A stretch of 64,000 nt of DNA, from positions 7,656,454 through 7,720,453 of the forward strand of contig CAVNZM010000002.1 in the NCBI GenBank assembly GCA_963693365.1. The letters are read 5' to 3'. How positions within the stretch are numbered: position 1 is the stretch's first letter; the number at the start of each line of letters is the position of its first letter. Shown piece after piece: positions 36,961-62,062 of the stretch. The notes beneath the pieces were generated by a model. That model saw only the letters and a list, made by a program, of their open reading frames with translations, ran no database searches and was not told the DNA's origin. The translations under genes and the position numbers were made by a program. The stretch is from Amoebidium appalachense (lineage: Eukaryota; Protista; Ichthyosporea).

Positions 36961-37889
36961 CTCTGGCCCCCGCCATGTGCACTGTGCAGCGAGATCTGTG
37001 ACGTAAATGATCTGGGGTGATCATCCAAATAAATGCATGCACTGATGCCTCAAAGATCCTCAAAGAGTGTGGCACTTTGTCCCTTATCACTGCGTGCCAC
37101 GTGGCTCTCCTATAAGTAAGATAACAAATATCATGCAAAGCTTGCCAATAATAACTATAAATCTAAGGATCTGTAACTATAGATAGCTGTACACTTAGCC
37201 AGATAAGAGGTTCGACCAGTTAGTAATCACTGAAGTTACTGTACACAAGCACATGTGCCCAAGCAAGAATCTGATACCAGGTCTTGGCAAGTTCCTGCAT
37301 GCGTTGCGATCTTTCCTCCACCTTCCAAATACGGACACCATTGTTTCCTTGTAATAGATGAGACGGTCGTGTGAACAATAATGTGCTTTGACTCGGAGGT
37401 GACTCACTCAGTCAGCCGGCAGAGAAGCCCATTCCTTGTTTAAACTCGGGAAACTAATAAAAAACTGGTGATTTACAAATCAAAAAAAAATCGGTAGAGA
37501 CAAAACACTCTCTCCGCATGCAACGAAGTCAAAAGTCTATTATCAGGCTTGCACAAGATTGAAGGTAATGCCGGCGCCTGTACAGTGTACATTCTGCACA
37601 ATCTAGGGTGTGAGTCAATATTTATTCATAGTGATTAAACCACCAATTAGACTGCCCCGTCGTATTTCCCCCGATGCCAAAGCTTCCATGGCCACCGATT
37701 CGAATTCCGCGGCATGCCATCACGGTTTTTTCAAAAGTTCCTTTTTTGCCCTTTTCCTTTTTCCCCTCCATTTCTCCAACGGAATTTATCCCCCCCCCCC
37801 TCGCGGTCATAACAATGCAGTGCCTTGTGAATGAGTACGGTGTACATACACCACACTGTGTGATTGTATGATTGTAATTGGTGTGTATA

Positions 37890-37996
<107 letters not shown>

Positions 37997-38333
37997 CGCC
38001 GCCACACTGTGTGTGTGTGTGTGTGTGTTTGTGTGACGCTGTGCAATCACACACTTTTCCAAGTAGCGCCCATTTTTGTACTAACAGTGTTATAAGTACA
38101 CGCAAATAGTTGCTGCGTCAGGACTGAGTCAGTTTGTGTGTGCCCGCTGTACGTTACGGTATTAGTTTGAGTACGTTTGTGCTCGTGTTGGTTCACGAGA
38201 AAAAAAAATATCATGTGCACGTAGCGTGGCATGTGTGTGCGCGCCACGTGCAACACACACACACACGTACACATGTACTTGTCACACACACACACACCCA
38301 CATCCCCCCCCCCCCCTGCCCCCCTCCTTCCCC

Positions 38334-38364
<31 letters not shown>

Positions 38365-38423
38365 GACACACACGTGCGCGTGCGCCCACGACGTCGCACG
38401 CACACACGCACGCACGCACAGTG

Positions 38424-38467
<44 letters not shown>

Positions 38468-38966
38468 ACACACACACGCATGTACACACACACACAGCTG
38501 CAGGCACACACATTGTCGGCCCAAAACAACAAATAAATTCATACAATAACAAAAAAAGGGGGGGGGGGGGGGGGGGGGGGGGGGAGGGGGGGGGGGAGGC
38601 AAAAAAAAAAAAAAAAAAAAAAAACCCCAGTTCAGTCGTTCCTCTGGTAGGGTCTGCTGGCCATGGGTGGTGAAATGCTTCGGAGGCCCCCCCCCCCCCC
38701 CCCCCCCTCCCCCGGGGCCCTTTTCAACACAGTAACACACACACACACACGGACAAGCACTTAAATTTCAGGAAAGCATTAGGGAGTACTGAGTCTAAAA
38801 TGGAAATTGCAATAATAAGGAACTCGGTTGGTAGGGGAGGAGGGGGGGGGGGGGGGGGGGGGGAGAGGCAAAAAACAAAAAAAACAAAAAAAAAAAAACC
38901 GGTTCAGTCGTTCCTCTGGTCGGGTCTGGGCCGGGTGGTGAAATGCTTTAAATTTTTTTTTTTTTT

Positions 38967-39017
<51 letters not shown>

Positions 39018-39469
39018 AGACTAAATTGGACATGTGTCCTTTTTCAGTGGTCTTTCCGAACACGTCCATTTAACAAACATGCGTGTTTAATTGTTTTTAA
39101 AAAAGACACGTTTAAAGGTCGACTGATCTTTAAACGTATCTCGCTGGGCGGCAGAGACCCTGATGTCATGCTTGCGCAAGTCGATTCTGCCAATCGCCTA
39201 CTGCGGGCAGCGAGCAGTTGTTGTTGGAGGTTTGCCGCCGCTACATGTACAAGCAAGAGCCGCTACATGCAAGGGCTTTGTGCATGCGCTCCTACAGTAG
39301 ACTCAAACTTGTATCTAATATTAGGAGGCCTTGCAGCTCAAAGCCAACGTTCTGTTTCTTTGTACGGAACTGTTGCTAACATAGAGGTGACACGTGTGTC
39401 TTTTCCCTAACTTACACTTGAGGCGAAACGTTCCAGGGCTCTTTATTTTCAGCTAATAGTGTTTATAGG

Positions 39470-39728
39470 ATGGTAGAAATTTTGCGAGTTGGTGGCTGGG
39501 AGCCATCCAGAGTCATCCAAACTTTGGAGGTGACCTGGAGCATATGGAGTAGACGGATGAGTAGAGCCCTGAGTTGTGTCCTTACCAAGAGCACACGTTA
39601 CAAACCACTGAGCCTAGCTCGAGGGCCCATTCCGATGTCAGCCGGTTACCATCCTCATTTTGGCATTGTCGGTCGCGGTCTCAGCAGTACGAACGTGGTT
39701 CTCATTCTGACACTATGGTTTAGGGTAG

Positions 39729-39768
<40 letters not shown>

Positions 39769-39845
39769 TTTCTTTCTTCGGTATTCCCAACACCTACTGC
39801 ACACGTTTAAGTAATCCCAATCTCCCAATTTCTCGACTTTTGTGC

Positions 39846-39879
<34 letters not shown>

Positions 39880-40259
39880 ACCACCCACCCACCCACCCAC
39901 CCACCCACAGCCGCCCACCCCCCCTTTTTTTTGGGGGGGTTTTCCCTTTTTTTAATTCTTTCTTGTCGCGTCCTGCGGCCACTCACATCGGTCAAGAAAT
40001 TCCCTTCAGCCTTCAACTCCATTTGCAATCCTCGTGCTTTTGCTCTGTAACCATGACATCATGGCCCGATCGAGTGGCATGAACATTTTATCGCGACGAA
40101 ACCCCCCCCCCCCCCCCCCCCCCCCACCACCACCACCACCACACACACACACACGTGTACACACACGGTTCTTCGCCATTCCCATCTTTCCCATCCTCCC
40201 ATCCCCTCTCGATGCATGAGCAAAGGCTGTGGAACTCGGTTTGCTTTTAGGCTATGCTT

Positions 40260-40321
<62 letters not shown>

Positions 40322-40330
40322 TCTCTCTCT

Positions 40331-40384
<54 letters not shown>

Positions 40385-41582
40385 CCCCCTCTCTTTTTCT
40401 CTCCCTCCCCCCCCCCCCTCCCCCTCCCCTCCCCCCCCCCCCCCTTCCCCTCACCCCCCCCCCCCTGTCTATCACACACACATCCCCCCCCCCCCCCTCC
40501 CGTTTCACTCAGCACCGTCTGCTCTCACATGCACACACGGTCTCTCTCTTTCCCTCTTATTCTCCCTTCTCTTACCCCCTTCCCTCCCCCCTCGGCTGCC
40601 CCCCTCCCCCCCCCGCTCCCATCCCCTCCGTTCTCTCCCTCCCTCCCTCTTTCCTCCCTCCGTTCTCTCTCGCTTCCCCCCCTTCCCCCCCCCACCTTCT
40701 TTCTCTTCACACTCAACATGGCATACACGCGCATGCACACACAAACACACACACACACTCTCTCTCTCGCTCTCCCTCTTCTCTTTCCACTCTCCCACTC
40801 TCCCACTCTCTCTCTCTATCTCCTCTCTCTCTCTCTCTCTCTGTCCCTCTCCCCTCCCTTCACTCCCCTCACTCCATCTATCTCTTCAAACTCACTCACC
40901 ATCCTCTCTCCCATGCACATGCGGTCTCGCTTAACCTCTTTCCTACTTTTCTCCCCTGGGACTGCATTTTTTTCAGCTGGTGTGGTATGTTAGCCAGGGA
41001 AGTATCGACTTAGGTATCGACGGGGGGTCCTAGAAGCCTCGTCTCCTGAGTTCCTATCTATATTTTTCTTGCTTCTGCTTACCGCTGCAACATTAGTCCC
41101 CGACGTTTCCCATTGCCCTTGCCGGTTGCCTGCTCGCATAAGTAACCCTACTCGTATCTGATCAAGACGGGTGACCCACATGAAACAGTGTCAGTGTTGG
41201 GTTTCGTTGACGATGTGAATGTGTTGAAACTCGGGCACTGTGGATGACCTGAGCCCCCTCCGAGGATGGGCACTGTTTATTATGCATACTCTTTTTATGT
41301 TGCTTTGCACTCTGCATCGTGCTGTTCGTTGTTTATGCGTACTTCATGCTTTATAGCATATTCAACCACCCCCCCCCCCCCCCCCCCCCCAGCCCTCCCC
41401 CTTCCCTTGGGCCCCCCCTGAGAATAAGCTCTGCTCATTCTGCACACTGCGCGCGTTGCTGATGTTGCATACCTGAATGTTTGCATTTGCCTGTCTCCTT
41501 CACCGTGTTTCTCATCGTGTTCTTGCACTTCGTACCCTGTTTTGGTTCTAACCCCCCTTTTCGTACTTAATGACGCATTCCC

Positions 41583-41617
<35 letters not shown>

Positions 41618-41846
41618 CCCCCCTCTCAGAATCAAACCTACACCTTCGAACATCTTCCCAACACAATTCGACACAACACCCTTCCTGGCCACATTTTTTT
41701 GGCCCTGCAATCTCGTAAGCGATTCTTCCCTGCTGTACCCTCATGGTGGCCTCTAAGTCTGTGTCTCCAGGTTTTGGGTTGTCCTAGAATGCAATCCTTC
41801 TTGTTAGTGTTCTGGTCCTGTTTACTCATTTAGCAACCCCCCCCCT

Positions 41847-41878
<32 letters not shown>

Positions 41879-41992
41879 TTCCTCCTCCTCCTCCTCCCAT
41901 GTTCAAGTGCCTCCCATGTTCAAGTGCAGCAGTGTTTGAGTTGAGTTTTGTCGACGAGGTGAATGGGTGTATGTGCGCGCGCGGATGTGTGT

Positions 41993-42069
<77 letters not shown>

Positions 42070-42157
42070 ACGTGTGTATGTGTGTGTTCCCCTTGTATCT
42101 CCCCGCGCGCGCGCATGTGTGTGTACCCCTTTTATCTCCCTGCGTGCGCGCGCGTGT

Positions 42158-42207
<50 letters not shown>

Positions 42208-42223
42208 CCCCTTTATCTCCCGA

Positions 42224-42257
<34 letters not shown>

Positions 42258-42874
42258 TTTAACCACATAAAAAAAAAAAAAAAGATTAAAGAAAACACAG
42301 GCACATGCACCACAAAAATCTGGTCTATTGAAGCTACTTTATATAAAGTGCAGTCCCCGACTCTGTGTCTATTGACACAAAAACCCCCACCTACAAAGAA
42401 ATTTGAACTATTCCTCTTCGTGGCAGTGGTACTGCCATGTGTGTACATATGCCCCCTGATGTAGTGCATGCACGTGTGTGCGCGAACACACCGGGCACAC
42501 ACCACGATTACCACTCACGTGTACCATTATGACATGTGTACCTACACTCACCCACCCACGTACACACACACACACACTCGTGACACACACGCGCACGTAC
42601 AGACACACACACACACAGAAAATAACCCTCTGAGACCTGCCCGTGCACTTGTACAGTCATAACGTTACTGGAAAAGCAATAAAGGGGTTGGCCTACTATG
42701 GCAAAGGCTTTGCCACAGTGCACCTCCCCACTGCCTCCCACGGTGCCTCTAGAGGTGACTTGCATGTGCACCAGTTGTTACACAACACTTGCACAGCACA
42801 CTGAGACGTCAGGCCCTGAGCGGAAGGGCATCCATGGCCATAATGACCCCCCCCCCCCCTAGGCCTATAGCCGC

Positions 42875-42906
<32 letters not shown>

Positions 42907-43064
42907 CTCTCTCTCTCCCTCTCTCTCTCCCTCTCCCTCTCTCTCCCTCCCTCTCTCTCTCTCTGTCTCCCTCTCTCGCTCTCTTTCGTTCTCTCTCGTT
43001 CTCTCCCTCCCTCTCTCTCTCTCTCCCTCCCCCCCCCTCTCTCCCCCTCTCCCCCCCCTTCCCC

Positions 43065-43097
<33 letters not shown>

Positions 43098-43225
43098 TCT
43101 CTCTCTCCCCCCGCTCCTTTTCCCAAACAATTCCCCCGCCGTTCTTCTTTCTCAGCCGGCTAGGTTTTTTGGGTTGCCTGGTAAGTTTTGAAATGGAGGT
43201 CTCGTCTCTGATCTGTCCACCACAG

Positions 43226-43273
<48 letters not shown>

Positions 43274-43315
43274 CCCTCCCTCCCTCCCCTCCCTTCCCTC
43301 CCCCCCCCCCCCCCC

Positions 43316-43362
<47 letters not shown>

Positions 43363-43740
43363 CCCCTTCTCCTCCCCCCCCCCCCCCCCTTCCCCTCCTA
43401 CCTTCTTTTTCCCCCCCCCCCTTCCCCCCCCCCCCCCCCCCCCCCTGGCCAAACCCTGTATACACTCTTCTCATCAGCAGGTCTCTAACCCACTCTGCAG
43501 AACGTTTTACGCATTTCTCCCCTCGGAGAACTTGGTCGTTGGTGCGTTTTTGTCTGACATCTAACGACTCTGCAGGGTCCCCTGAGACTACTGACACTCT
43601 AACATTCCCTCCCCTCTCTTACTTCCCCCCCCCCCCCCCCTCCCCCTTTCCCTCCTCCTTCCCCTCCCATTTTCTCTGCACACCCAACAGGTCTTAACCA
43701 GATCTGCACATCGTTAGTCACAATCTTCTCACATATATGA
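39470..43740. other. Unresolved spliced locus: unique-sequence islands with splice-like signals on both strands and no recognisable product
   Basis: Plus: 41630-41714 (ctctcag/gtaagc), 43156-43180 (tttctcag/gtaagt), 43481-43541, and 43691 onward (cacccaacag). Minus: phase-compatible chain 42390-42311, 41783-41644, 40044-39987, 39793-39713. Confidence 0.35.
40970..41555 (+). mobile_element. Two diverged copies of the C-tract-associated repeat family (40970-41370, 41405-41555)
   Basis: The first aligns by eye along 44521-44921 and ends ATTCAA-C-rich tract. The second resembles subfamily A and ends GTTCTAA(C)n. Confidence 0.8.
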
Positions 43741-43887
43741 GAGAATGATCGTATTGGTACGATTTGTCTAATATCTGACGATTCTGCAGCATCCCTAAGA
43801 CCCCCCTCCCCCTCCCCCTCCCCTCCCCCCCCCCCCCCCCCCCACCTTCTCTCTCTCTCTCTCTCCCTCTCTCCTCTCTCTCTCTCT

Positions 43888-43981
<94 letters not shown>

Positions 43982-43986
43982 TTCCT

Positions 43987-44023
<37 letters not shown>

Positions 44024-44084
44024 GCGCCTGTTGTTTTGCTTGTCATTTGTTGTTCTGGTTGATTACCTGTAATCTTCGCTTATT

Positions 44085-44119
<35 letters not shown>

Positions 44120-44921
44120 TGTGCGGGGTTGCACATACCGGTGTCTACTTTTCTTCTTACTGTTTTTCTCTCCACACACTTCATCTGTCCACTTCTGCAT
44201 ACCCCCTTTCATAGCTATAGACACACTTCACACATTGCGTTACGCGCACGCATGCACACACCGCTCTGTTGGCGACAGCTCCCTTGGAACCCATGCGGCA
44301 TGTTACCCGCCGGCGTAACATAACTCGGACTATCGGTTTGGCTTTTTTCAAGCCCAAAGCAATGGGTGATACCATATTTCCGGCTGACATCCGGGGGCAT
44401 AGCTTTCCGTTCGAAGACGATAAAGTTCCGCCCTAGTAAGCGTGTTACTACCCTGCGGCGTGGGTCAAATCTCATATTTTCCCCTCTGATTACGAATTCT
44501 GTGGCCTTCGGGACTTAATTCTTTTCAGCTGGTGTAGTATGTTAGCCAGGGAAGTATCGACTTAGGTATCGACGGGGGAGCTTCCTAGAAGCCCCGTCTC
44601 CTGAGTTCCTATCTATATTTTTCTTGCTTCTGCTTACTGCTGCAACTTTAACCCCCGGCCTTTCCCACTGCCCTTGCCTGCATAAGCAACCCTGCTCGTC
44701 TCTGATCAAGACGGGTGACCTACTCATGTTCAAGTGAAACAGTATCTGAGTTGGGTTTCGTTAACGAGGGGAATAGGTCGAAACTCGGGTACTGTGGATG
44801 ACGTGGGCCCCCCCTGAGGATGGGCTCTGCTTATTATGCATACTCTTTATGTATGGCTTGCATTCTGCATCGTGTTATCCGTTTGTTCTTGTGTACTTCG
44901 TACTTTTTGACGCATTCAAAC
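42875..44921 (+). repeat. Left copy of a ~2-kb inverted duplication; ends in a long subfamily-B repeat (44521-44921)
   Basis: Mirror ORFs 44542-44733/53408-53599, 44215-44475/53666-53926 and 44088-44318/53823-54053 all sum to 98141. Only isolated substitutions were seen outside homopolymers. Confidence 0.92.
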
Positions 44922-45848
44922 ACCCCCCCCCCCCCCCCCCCTCCCCACCCCATATATATACGAGGCATACTCTTTATGTGTGATGAGTTGCATTTGGCCG
45001 TCGTGAATGTGTACTTCCTACCGTAGGCTCTTACTCTTTCTATAACCCCCCCCCCCCCCCCCCCCCCCTCCCACCTCTCTCTGTCCCAACCTACACACAC
45101 ACATAAACAACCACACCCGCCCACCCACATGTATTCTCCCACACTTCAACACATATTAGCACACGTTACCCCTTACTCTGACTTCTTGGTCATGCTTGTG
45201 AATTTCGGTTTTTTGACACAAGACGGCATTATGACGTAAAAAGAAAACAGTAGACTTTCTGAAGCTGTCCTTTTCGTAGTGCAAGTCAGTACTTGTGCAT
45301 TCCTTGATGTCACAGTGGTAAGCAGACATCCTTTTGTGTAACACTAACACACATATCATTCAGCTATCACGCAATCTTCAGAGGAGTAGCTACCGTACAG
45401 TTCAAGTTTGGGTGCCTGCTACCTTTTGAAGTAGCTCTTATTTTTCAAGGCCGAAAAAAATTTCCCTCCGAGGCGATTCGATCACGTGCCAACTCATACC
45501 CGGGTTTGAAAACTCGCCAGAGTATAGTTGATCATACGGCGGCTGAGGCCACATCAAAAAAGTTCAGACGGTCCGACGAAGTTGACCCTCCGTGGTTGTT
45601 TTTCAGTAGTAGTGATTGTATGAACTGAAATACATATTCATGCTGGAGTATTCACTAACTTAATAACCACGTGCATCCACACATTCACAGGTACGTACAC
45701 ACCTATGGTACACGCACACATACACACACGTGCAAAAGCGTGTCCGTCGCGCGCACACACACGGACCTTTGTGCGCACACATGCGCATGCACACATCTGC
45801 ACACAAACACAGACACGAACTCAGACACACACACACACACGAACTCAG

Positions 45849-45929
<81 letters not shown>

Positions 45930-47031
45930 AACAAACACAAACACGCGTACACAGATGAACGTGTTTGTCTATGGGCGTGCTGTGTATGTGTGGACGTCAC
46001 ACAGTGTATACGCGCGTGCATATTCGTGTGTGTGTGTGAGAGGGCACCGACGTCGAGCTTTTGAGTGATTGTGTGGACGCGAAGGGTCCCAACTGTTTGA
46101 GTGCTAACGAATAAATATCACCCATCTTTCATGCTTCACGCTTGTACACATGCCCTTGGCAACCTAATAGGTTTCGGGCAGAACTCCGAGAAATAGCCTG
46201 GTTAGAGGGTGAATGTGCATGCGTGTGTTTGTGTGGGTGTGTTTTCTCTCTGAAGCCGCCTTGCACAACAGCGTTAGCATGGGATCCTCATGCTCCTGGG
46301 CTGATTGGCCAGTCGGGCTCTCCATTCTTGAATAGCATCACATGTTCCCTTGTTTCTATTGTTTGTTTTGAAAGATAACCTGGAAGTGTGGATGCGCAAG
46401 ACCGCTGTTGTTCGAAAAGGGTCGTCAGAAACCCGTGATGGAACCGTGAAGGGAAAATAAATTAAAAAAACTTTGGGAAAAAAAAAAAAACCTTTTACAA
46501 CGGCAGGCCGTTCGCCTACTTTGCGCTGCGCAAAAATTGCCGCATGTTGCTTCGTGACACATAGCAAATTGCGGCTATTTAGTCGCATCTGATTGGTGTA
46601 TGCATTTCGTATGTGTCAATTAGTACGAGATAGCATTATAAAGGTCGACTGATCTTTAAAAAAAATGTTTCGCGTCTGCATACTTGTGGCAAGCACTGCT
46701 TCAACACGATCTGACAAAACCTACGCGGTTCATGTCACAAATCTCGAACAAACTTTATGCGTCGCCACTCGTGATGATACACCGGTCCGGAGAATATCAG
46801 GAATTACAATTCTCAAAAAAAGGGGAAAAAAAGAAAAGAAAAGAAATGAAAAAAGCTCTCTATCATACCTTCATTCGATCTCAACTGACGACTCCCATTT
46901 TTCGTTTTTGCGCTCGCTCGAATCACATCTGCCCTCATCTGCCGGCGATACACCCTTCACCATTCCATATGCTACCATCCCGTAAAACTTTCAGGAAAAT
47001 ACGTGAGTTTTTCTCGTCTATCATACCTTCG

Positions 47032-58312
<11,281 letters not shown>

Positions 58313-58936
58313 TCTACTGATGAAACTACGAACAAACCGTGTGAAGGGGGGAAATTTTGGTGATAATTCTTCGGTCAAACACGAGCAGGGAGGTTTGCGT
58401 TGGTTTTGGAAAGGCTAAGTTAGTGACGAGAGGAACGCAAGCAGCTTGCGTGTGACCGAGTTCAATAAAAAGAAAACTTCGTTGACCTTTATACACAACT
58501 GCTTTTCCTCTCACTATATGTATACGTAAAACAGTTTAGACCACCTAGTAAAAGCATCACCTAAGTAAGAGTTCTCCTACGCAACTTCATATTTCTGGGC
58601 CAACTCTTCCCGAAACTGGCCCCACACTCAGCAGCGAGTGTGCCACGGTCGCGAGTTTTCAGCTCTTTCTATACCAAGATTCAGCTGGCGCGATTTCATT
58701 GGAATAATCGAGCCAATAGGTAGTTAGGATGGTTATCGCTTTAGTGATTGGGCAACTAAGCAATAAATACAGCCACTTGCAGTGCTGCAGAGTGAGCCAT
58801 TTATGACGTCACCGTGTCAACAAGAGATGCTTCTGAAAGGCTAAAAACTGCGTCCTAGAGCTTACCAATGCAGACCATTGCCACGGTGTCTGTGTGTACA
58901 TGTGTGCCGGTGTGATACGGTGTGTGTTTGTGTGCA

Positions 58937-58971
<35 letters not shown>

Positions 58972-59010
58972 TATATGTGTGGTGTGTGTGGTGAGTGTGT
59001 GTGTGTGTGT

Positions 59011-59041
<31 letters not shown>

Positions 59042-59138
59042 CGCGGTGTGCGTGTGTGTGTGTGTGTGCGTGTGTGTTCCAGGGCCGGGTGGTGGTGGTG
59101 GTGGTGGTGGTGGTTTTTTTTTGGTTTTTTTTCTTTTC

Positions 59139-59170
<32 letters not shown>

Positions 59171-59188
59171 GGGAGGGGGGAGTCCGGA

Positions 59189-59245
<57 letters not shown>

Positions 59246-59974
59246 AGGGGGAGGGAAAGGGGTTGCACAGTATGCATGCCACAGCATGCGCGTGCGCACA
59301 CAGTGTACCACCGGAGATGACACATTCAGGTGGCACAAAAGACAGAAACACAAGTAGTAATTAGTAAATTGAATTTCGATATCTCGGTCTAATTCAACAT
59401 GTGCTTCAGTAAACTCAACTCTACATCTAGTAAATCTGCGGATAGCACAGCATTACTGCCCATAACTCAGATGCCACGGTCAAATTTAGTACTTACTAGT
59501 GACTCAAACATTCGAAGGCTTCAAGGCAATTTCTCGAAATTTCACACCTGAGCTACATCTTGCAGGTGCAACTTTGTCCGACAATCAAGGCCCCAGCATT
59601 TTTGGATCTTGTTTTTTTCCTTGTGCGATTGTAGTATCAAAAAAAAATAATAATGTCAACCGTGTCCTAATGAATTAGTATTGCCAGCCTATGTACGTAG
59701 TACTGGTAGTATTATGTAAACACAACTGATATTTCGTTTGTCTATGGTTACTTTTGCCAAGAAAACTAGTACTAACAACCATGTGCTGCCGGTCCATAAA
59801 CGAACCAAGGCTCCAAGCAACTGTTTCAAGGAACACCACCAGCAGCACTAGTGCTTTGCTTACATATCACATCACAGATCATATCATATATCATATCACA
59901 CAGTATACGTCCGACTTAAAACACACTCAGATGTCGACGTCCACCATATACAGGCCTTGGCACCTGTTATTATT

Positions 59975-60271
59975 CTACTCGCTGGAGGTCACACGGGGCC
60001 CCTTCTTTGGCAATCCCCTGGCAGGGTAGTAGTGGTCGATGATTTCTTGGTAGTTGGGCAGCCGCCCCTTAATCGCATCTATGTGCTCGGGCCTAAAGGG
60101 GATTGTAAGTGTTTAGTGGTGGGTATAAATGCAATAAACACACGAGTTCACTTATTAAAATGGTTTGAGAGAGGAATCGTGTAGTGCGGATGGGTCTGTG
60201 GTTTGGTGGGAGGAGATGTGTGTGTGGGGTGTATGGATGTGTGGGTACTGTATTACAGGTGAGTGTGCGTG

Positions 60272-60303
<32 letters not shown>

Positions 60304-60424
60304 GTGGGGACACACGTGTTCACTATAAATATTGGTAAAGGGATGAATGGTGTAGTACGGATGGGTCTGTGGTTTGGTGGTGAGAGATGTGGGGGAAGAG
60401 AGGGGTGGGGGAAGAGAGGGGGGG

Positions 60425-60469
<45 letters not shown>

Positions 60470-61420
60470 CGTGCGTGTGTGTGCGTGTGTGTGTGTGTGT
60501 TTGTTTGTGTGTGTTGTGTGTCACGATGTGTGTGTGTGTGCGGGGGAGGTCGTTATCGATGCACACGGGGTTACATAGGCACAAACACAAGCCGCATCAA
60601 GCACACACACACACACCTTGGGAACTTGATCGTGGAGCGCATGCGCATGAGGTACTGGTTCACTGTCAGTCCCTCCTCTGCAGCCAATGACGCCATCTGC
60701 TTGGTCGGTGCCTGCTTGATTGCCTACCATATACGGAAGGTTAGAACACGTGCATAATACATGCTTTGGAAAGTTAGCAGGTAATCCCTTAACGGTTAGT
60801 TGCTGCAAATCGACCAATTGATAACGTATCGTCGAAGCACTTCTTTTTTCGTTTTTTTCTCAGCTTGCAAGAGAGTGTGTAAGTGGGGTGTGTGTGTGCG
60901 CGCATATGTTTTCTTCCTTCCTTCCTTCCTTCCTTCCTTCCTACCTTCCTTTCTGTTCTTTTCTTTTCCTTCCTATATTTTCTTTCTTTCTTTCTTTTCT
61001 TTCTTTTTTTTTTTAAGCTGGGGGGAGGGGGAGGGGGGGGGGGGGGGGAGGGGAGTTGTGAGCACGAGACACCAAGATCTTGAACAGAAAGCACGGTGCA
61101 GGACAAGGGATGACAATAATTGCACTTCAGCAGTCTGATCAATACTTCTCCACATGCCCTTCGCCTGTCACGTATTTTCGCTTTCTCCACCCCATTCGTT
61201 GTTTCTACCTGTCTCATCTATACCTTTTTACTTAAGTTATACCTTTTTACTTAAGTTATCCATTCATTCGTTGACATTCATTCATTCATTCATTTGATGT
61301 ATTCACAGCCTAGTTGATATGAATATTGTAACATATCCCCTTTTGTTAAGGGGACGGGATGGGAAGGGGCGCGGCGAGCGGGCGGGCGGACGGGCGGGTG
61401 GGCGGGCGGGGCGGGCGGGG

Positions 61421-61456
<36 letters not shown>

Positions 61457-61855
61457 GGGGGGGGGGGGGGGGGAGGGGGGGGAGGGGGGTTTTGAATGCG
61501 TCAAAAAGTACGAAGTACACAAGAACAAACGGATAACACGATGCAGAATGCAAGCCATACATAAAGGGTATGCATAATAAGCAGAGCCCATCCTCAGGGG
61601 GGGCCCACGTCATCCACAGTACCCGAGTTTCGACCTATTCCCCTGGGGTGGGGGGGGGGGGGGGAGGGGGGGGGGTGTTACCGTTAGACAGTTTGAGCAG
61701 TTGCACTGGCCCAGGCATGGCGGGCACACCCATGTAGGATCCTTGATCACTGCGTAGAGGGGGGGGGGGGGGGGGGTTAGAATGTGGTGCACGGTACAAA
61801 GCACTAATTCAAAAAGGGAAACGTTAAGCACACATGGAGCAACAAAGAGCCCACT

Positions 61856-61903
<48 letters not shown>

Positions 61904-62013
61904 GGGAGATTTGCCCATTAATGTGCAGTAGAAGCGAATTCGAAGCGTAGGGAGGAGAGTTTAAAGGAAGGGTGGGCAGTGTTTCTGTTTCATTAGGGGC
62001 CGGTGGGGAGAGG

Positions 62014-62062
<49 letters not shown>

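Noticed and set aside
33900-37420. Short ORFs in microsatellite-poor sequence as a possible transposase or viral gene
   Set aside because: No recognisable motifs or phase-consistent exon chain. Part of the region is explained by the hAT-type elements.
44700-44825. Canonical hammerhead ribozyme or SECIS in the repeat family
   Set aside because: CTGATCA, CTGAGGA and GAAAC are present, but stems I-III do not close in hammerhead order. The ATGA lacks the paired GA quartet and apical AA of a SECIS.
45455-45565. tRNA or Pol III-like gene (GATCGAATC motif followed by a T-run on the minus strand)
   Set aside because: No cloverleaf or convincing A box could be built.
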